DNA of 64,000 nucleotides from Bdellovibrionota bacterium (GTDB taxonomy: Bacteria; Bdellovibrionota_C; UBA2361; JBGSMV01). Below the pieces are notes generated by a model, which saw only the letters and a list, made by a program, of their open reading frames with translations, had not been told where the DNA came from and did no database searches. Where the stretch lies: assembly GCA_041739995.1 (NCBI GenBank), contig JBGSMV010000015.1:75854-139853 (forward strand), given 5' to 3'. Of the stretch, positions 59,168-64,000 are shown piece by piece. The translations under genes and the position numbers were made by a program. Numbering within the stretch: the first letter of the stretch is position 1; every line of letters begins with the position of its first letter.

Positions 59168-59563
59168 CTAGCAGATCTTCTTCATGAATTCGGCATGAGA
59201 ATCGTCTCGACCCTCATCGGCATACACATTGGCCTCAAGAGAGGACAGAGACGAAAGAATTTGCTTTGCGTCATCAATAATCATTCCTGAGAGGCTATTA
59301 ATGATCATGACGTGTCGTGAGATCTCCATCATGTCGCCCCCGGCGATATGATCTTCGAGATCTCGGGCGAGCCCGCGTTGCCTTGCGATGATTTGGTCGT
59401 AGGAATCAAGCCGCTCGAACACATGCGAGGGGACATCTTCCTTATGCTTCAAAGTCTCACGGGCCCCTCTAATTGCACTCTCGAGGTCAGTGAATGACCG
59501 AAAGAGACGTTCTACGATTGAGGCCGGAACATTGTGAGATTCGTTTTGCATATGCACCATCAA
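59168..59563 (-). CDS. Hypothetical helical protein
   Basis: 131-aa ORF with amphipathic helices. Confidence 0.6.
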   Translation of the reverse strand: MMVHMQNESHNVPASIVERLFRSFTDLESAIRGARETLKHKEDVPSHVFERLDSYDQIIARQRGLARDLEDHIAGGDMMEISRHVMIINSLSGMIIDDAKQILSSLSSLEANVYADEGRDDSHAEFMKKIC

Positions 59564-60035
59564 ATTGAATTGAACGAGCAGTTATAGTTCATACACAAAT
59601 CTCCGTTAGGAGGTCGGTTGCTCCAGTAAATATTGTCGTGTATTTTCGGTAAGTTAGCTACCCTACATCAACTCTTCCCGTTGCGATCCGTCTGGGCACC
59701 ACAGCCAGGGATGTACGAAATCGGTTGGGCTAGTGTCCTGAGTGAAGAGTCCGATGAATAATTCTCGCCGAGCTCGCTGCTCTCTTTGTGAATATATTTA
59801 ATGAATTACACAATGAGTTTAGCGAGAACAGCCAGAAAAATACTCAAATGAACTTCTGACTCAGCGCACTAGAGGCATCATGCTCTCACAAACGCGCCAA
59901 TGGCATTTTTTCGGCAGTCTGCTAAACAGGCGAGGTACTCTGAGACGGGAAATGGGCGATGCTTAGCCCGATAAGTCGCAGACCGTCGGCAGACCTTTCA
60001 TCTTTCCTGCTTTCTCGACATTTGGAGACTCACGC

Positions 60036-61514
60036 ATGAGCGAATCGAATACCATTGCTCCAATCGCCACGATTGACCTCGGGCGCTCGTCAACAAATTC
60101 CTCAGTCAACCTACTTCCCGCAATGGCAACGCGACACGGTCTCATTGCTGGGGCAACCGGGACCGGTAAGACCGTTACCTTGCAAGTCTTGGCTGAGCAG
60201 TTCTCTCGCCTCGGGGTTCCGGTCTTTATGGCTGACGTGAAGGGGGACCTCTCCGGTCTTGCACAAGCTGGGGCCATGAACAACAAGCTCGCTGACCGGC
60301 TTGAGCGCCTTGGGATTTTAGGGTGGCAAGGACGCGCCTGCCCAGTGATATTCTGGGACATCTTCCAAAAAAATGGCATTCCTGTCCGAACCACGATCTC
60401 TGAAGTGGGGCCGCTCCTTCTTGCTCGGCTTCTGGCCCTTAACGACCTGCAACAAGACGTACTTCAGGTCGTGTTTAAAGTCGCCGATGACCAGGGCTTG
60501 CTTTTGCTAGACTTAAAAGATCTCCGCGCAATACTAGATTGGACCTCATCCCATTCAAGTGAATTGAGAAACTCCTATGGCAACATAGCCCCTGCTTCAG
60601 CATCTGCCATTCAACGTTCAGTAGTGGCATTTGAAGCCATGGGCGGTCATCTGCTCTTTGGGGAGCCGGCGCTTAAGCTTGAACATCTCATGCAACTCGA
60701 CTTCTCTGGACAAGGAGTAATCAGCGTACTTGATGCGGCAAGTTTACTTTCGAACCCTCGCGCCTATTCGACGCTCTTACTTTGGATGCTTTCCGAGCTC
60801 TTTGAAGAGCTTCCAGAAATAGGAGACGTAGATAAGCCGCGCCTTGTATTCTTTTTTGACGAGGCACATTTACTTTTTGCCGATGCTCCGGCGGCGCTTA
60901 AGAATAAGATTGAGCAGGTGGTAAAGCTGATTCGTTCCAAGGGTGTCGCGATATTTTTTGTTACGCAAAATCCAATGGATATTCCAGAGTCGATTCTGGC
61001 CCAATTGGGAAACAGAGTTCAGCACGCACTGCGGGCCTATACTCCGAACGAGCAGAGGGCCGCGCGCGCAGCCGCTCAGTCGTTCCGACCAAATCCACAG
61101 TTTTCCGCAGAAGAGCATATTACCGCTCTCGGTGTCGGCGAAGCACTCGTCTCAGTTCTCGATGCTTCAGGTGTCCCCTCGGTTGTTGAGAGGGTTTTGA
61201 TTCAGCCACCAGCATCCCAAATCGGTGCGATCGCTGCCAATGACCGGCTCACTCTGTCTGATCGCTCACCGCTGGCAAGCCTGTACCGCGAATCGATCGA
61301 TCGGGAGTCAGCGTTTGAAATCTTGCGCAAAAGGGCGACGCTCAACAACGCTACCCCGCAGAGCAAGTCGCCTTCGAACACTAAGAGCAAAGTTCCGTCG
61401 ACCAGCAAGCGCCAAGGCTACTTTGAGTCTTTAACGAAATCCGTGCTGCGCTCTGTAGGGTCGAGCCTTGGCAGGGAGGTGATTCGAGGGATTCTTGGCT
61501 CGATGCGTCGCTAG
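60036..61514 (+). CDS. DUF853/YjgR HerA-like ATPase
   Basis: RHGLIAGATGTGKT, ADVKGDLSG, FFFDEAHLLF, LIRSKGV, LGNRVQHALRAYTP. Confidence 0.93.
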   Translation: MSESNTIAPIATIDLGRSSTNSSVNLLPAMATRHGLIAGATGTGKTVTLQVLAEQFSRLGVPVFMADVKGDLSGLAQAGAMNNKLADRLERLGILGWQGRACPVIFWDIFQKNGIPVRTTISEVGPLLLARLLALNDLQQDVLQVVFKVADDQGLLLLDLKDLRAILDWTSSHSSELRNSYGNIAPASASAIQRSVVAFEAMGGHLLFGEPALKLEHLMQLDFSGQGVISVLDAASLLSNPRAYSTLLLWMLSELFEELPEIGDVDKPRLVFFFDEAHLLFADAPAALKNKIEQVVKLIRSKGVAIFFVTQNPMDIPESILAQLGNRVQHALRAYTPNEQRAARAAAQSFRPNPQFSAEEHITALGVGEALVSVLDASGVPSVVERVLIQPPASQIGAIAANDRLTLSDRSPLASLYRESIDRESAFEILRKRATLNNATPQSKSPSNTKSKVPSTSKRQGYFESLTKSVLRSVGSSLGREVIRGILGSMRR

Positions 61515-62023
61515 AGCTTGCTTGCCCAGGAAGGACCGTTTCTCTAGCTCGCTGCTAAGCTCTGGGCGATAAACGAAGCCGCTTCGAGCGGAGATCCCCC
61601 GACCCGAGCGCCCTTCCTTGTTCTGCATGCCCTGCTCGATTTAGCGCACTCTAGGAGTCTATGACGCGCCCTGTTCATGCATAGCCCACATGTGCCTGTG
61701 CTGCCATTTAACTCCAGGAGGCTTCGGTAGGCCGCCGTCGTCTGGTGCCGGAGTCACAGACTCCTCGAAAAATGCGGTTCTCCCGCCCTTTATCCGAATT
61801 TTTCAATACGTGTTGGCTCCACGCGAATACTCTTAAGATACCACGTCCCCGCTCAGGGGAGTGCCACTCGGCGCCAACTGCATCCGATGCACTTGCCCAC
61901 TCTGTGTGCTCTCGATACTCTCACCTCAAGAGTCCGCCGTGGTTATTTCAGAGTTTGCCATCCATAGAGCGACCTTTGAAGAAAATGCTCCGCGGTGCGT
62001 CAATATCAACAGGATTGTTTCGT

Positions 62024-63562
62024 ATGTCCATCCATTCAACCTTGATTTTCCTTTCTAAATCTTCGGCTCGCATGTCACACACAGCTTTCAGATCTCACAT
62101 TATTATTACCGGTGCCCGCCGCATCGCCTTGTCAGCCTGTCTTGCATTGGGTTCCCTGATTTTCTTCGCAGGGAACGCAGCGAGGGCCGAGGATGGGGCC
62201 AAGCAAGGCGTTGAGCATGCGCGTCAACTTTCCGCTGCTTTCGAAGAAGTTGCTAAGCAAATTACACCCTCGGTGGTTAACATCAGCGCGACTAAAAAGG
62301 CACAGCCCGCCCCCAAGGGTCGCCGCAAACCGGACCCTCTTCAACAGTTTCGCGAATTCTTCGGCGATGACTTCATGGAACGATTCGGGCCAGGAGCACC
62401 GGAGGGAGATGGCGGACGCTCTGGGCTAGGAACCGGGGTTATAGTTGACGAAGCGGGGCACATTTTGACTAACAATCACGTAGTGGGCGACGCCGATGAG
62501 CTTACCGTACGCCTGAGTGATCGACGCGAAGTTAAAGCCACGCTGGTCGGCCGAGATCCGAGAACCGATCTAGCCGTCATCAAGATTAAGTCCGAAAAAC
62601 TTGCACCTGCGGCGTTAGGAGATTCCGATGATTTAAGAATTGGTGAATGGGTGATTGCTGCCGGAACACCATTCGGTCTTGATAACACCATCACTGCAGG
62701 AATTGTCAGTGCCAAGGGACGGTCCATTATGGGCGGTGGTCAATTCGAAGACTTCATTCAAACCGACGCTGCAATTAATCCGGGAAACAGTGGGGGACCG
62801 TTAGTGAACCTTGATGGGCGTGTAGTGGGAATTAACACTGCGATTTTCTCGAGAAGCGGCGGCTATATGGGAATTGGCTTCGCCATTCCTATTAATATGG
62901 CCCGCGGCGTGATGGAGAGCCTCATTTCAAAAGGGAAGGTAGTTCGCGGGTGGTTGGGCGTTGGTATCCAGAACCTGAGCGAGGACCTTGCCCAGTCGTT
63001 TAATTTCACCGGCACCAAGGGTGCATTGGTGGGCCACATTGAAAGCGGTGGTCCGGGAGCAAAGGCCGGATTGCAGCAGGGTGACATTATCATTCGCATG
63101 GACAGCATGGAGGTTGAGGATATTAACCAGTTGAGGAACGCAATTGCGGCAACTTCTCCAGGCACGTCGATCAAGTTTGAGTTCATTCGCGACGGCAGAA
63201 AGCAGACCGCATCCGTAAAAATTGGAGAGCTTCCGACTCAGAACGTAGAGATTCCTGAGGAAGAAGAGCCGGCAGTTGACCTTGGCGTAGCGGTCGAGAC
63301 GCTTAGCAGCGAGCTGGCGCGCCGACTAGGAACTAAAACCAAGTCGGGAGTAGTCGTGCGTCAAGTTGAATCGGGAAGTGTCGCTGAGCGTGCCTCACTC
63401 CAACCTCGTGACGTAATCGTTAGCGTGAACGGAAAAGATGTGAGCTCCACATCGGATTTCTATGAGCAGCTAGAGTCTGCCAACTTGAAGCGCGGAGTGC
63501 GTCTCGTGGTAGAAACCCAAGGCATGGAGCGTTTTGTCTTCCTGCGATCAAACGAGGAATAG
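62024..63562 (+). CDS. DegP/DegQ (HtrA) serine protease with two PDZ domains
   Basis: LTNNHVV, TDLAVIK, IQTDAAINPGNSGGPL; start uncertain (62024 has AGGA upstream; 62072 is an alternative). Confidence 0.95.
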   Translation: MSIHSTLIFLSKSSARMSHTAFRSHIIITGARRIALSACLALGSLIFFAGNAARAEDGAKQGVEHARQLSAAFEEVAKQITPSVVNISATKKAQPAPKGRRKPDPLQQFREFFGDDFMERFGPGAPEGDGGRSGLGTGVIVDEAGHILTNNHVVGDADELTVRLSDRREVKATLVGRDPRTDLAVIKIKSEKLAPAALGDSDDLRIGEWVIAAGTPFGLDNTITAGIVSAKGRSIMGGGQFEDFIQTDAAINPGNSGGPLVNLDGRVVGINTAIFSRSGGYMGIGFAIPINMARGVMESLISKGKVVRGWLGVGIQNLSEDLAQSFNFTGTKGALVGHIESGGPGAKAGLQQGDIIIRMDSMEVEDINQLRNAIAATSPGTSIKFEFIRDGRKQTASVKIGELPTQNVEIPEEEEPAVDLGVAVETLSSELARRLGTKTKSGVVVRQVESGSVAERASLQPRDVIVSVNGKDVSSTSDFYEQLESANLKRGVRLVVETQGMERFVFLRSNEE

Positions 63563-63591
63563 CCCAACTCCGCAAAATCCCCGGCCACCGA

Positions 63592-63735
63592 GAGCCCTCT
63601 CTGTACCGGGGCTACTCTCCCTAGCGAGGTAGGCAGCGCTCCGCCCGACTGCACACCCGAAGAGTCCCCCCCCCCTGTACCGGGGCTACTCCCCTGCTGC
63701 GCCCTCACTCTCATCCCTCCCTGTACCGGGGCTCC
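63592..63735 (-). repeat. Three REP-like repeats G(T/G)AG-CCCCGGTACAG upstream of a Y1 transposase
   Basis: CTGTACCGGGGCT at 63601, 63675 and 63721; on the minus strand each reads GTAG or GGAG followed by CCCC-GGTACA and a G-rich arm. Confidence 0.8.
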
Positions 63736-63781
63736 AGCGGCCGAAGCAACTTCTCGAAGAGTTCGCCGATAAGGCTCCTCG

Positions 63782-64000
63782 ATGAGAATAAGGAAGTACC
63801 ACCCGCACCAGAGCGTACTGTTTATGACCTTTAGCGTAGAGGAAGGACTGCTGCTGCTTGCCAATCCTCTGTGTATGTCGATAGTGAGGAGCTGCTTAGC
63901 AACGGCGCAGAGCCTCTACCCGGTCACTATTTGCCACTTCATCGTACAGGCGACCCATGTGCACATGGTCGTGGTAGTTAATAGTCCAGACGACGTGAAG
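63782..64000 (+). mobile_element. HUH Y1 (IS200/RAYT-like) transposase, 5' part truncated by the window end
   Basis: Not in the ORF track: MRIRKYHPHQSVLFMTFSVEEGLLLLANP...YPVTICHFIVQATHVHMVVVV, with an HUH motif (HVH) at the expected position. Confidence 0.8.

Noticed and set aside
61745..62023. Long N-terminal extension of the DegP ORF
   Set aside because: The signal-like segment lies much further downstream; the upstream GTG is probably not the real start.
63592..63735. Mini-CRISPR interpretation of the three spaced repeats
   Set aside because: The repeat core is only 13-17 bp, spacing is irregular (74 and 46 bp), and the adjacent Y1 transposase explains them as REP-like.
1..64000. tRNA or rRNA genes
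   Set aside because: T-loop-like GGTTCGAA matches (for example near 29163) fall inside coding regions with no cloverleaf; no rRNA-like sequence seen.

Overview
This is a bacterial chromosomal window with no rRNA, tRNA, CRISPR array or prophage that I can support. Gene content (alpha2-type GlyRS, SWIM-SNF2 ATPase, HDOD-like protein, many orphans) looks deltaproteobacteria/Bdellovibrionota-like, which is an inference. Most of it is housekeeping: methylcrotonyl-CoA carboxylase-type subunits, gltA, glyQS, folK, IHF/HU, lexA-recA, ruvC, pdhA/pdhB, greB, a WcaJ-like sugar transferase, dtd, a DUF853 ATPase and DegP, mixed with lineage-specific orphans and secreted repeat proteins. The most striking element (31.8-35.9 kb) is a divergent pair of ~614-aa flagellin-framed chimeras. 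One carries a 7-repeat FG-GAP propeller and the other a TolB/WD40-like propeller. The inserts sit at different points of the flagellin scaffold, both genes use TTG starts, and each is split by a net +1 frameshift; one break lies exactly at a 27-bp copy of the gene's own 5' sequence. Other notable items are two highly structured intergenic regions (candidate ncRNAs), a RAYT-like HUH transposase with GTAG/GGAG REP-like repeats at the right edge, a 14-bp tandem array, an orphan GroES, a probably leaderless autoregulated ArsR operon, apparent pseudo-enzymes and an IS91 remnant. All calls come from reading the sequence; no searches were run.
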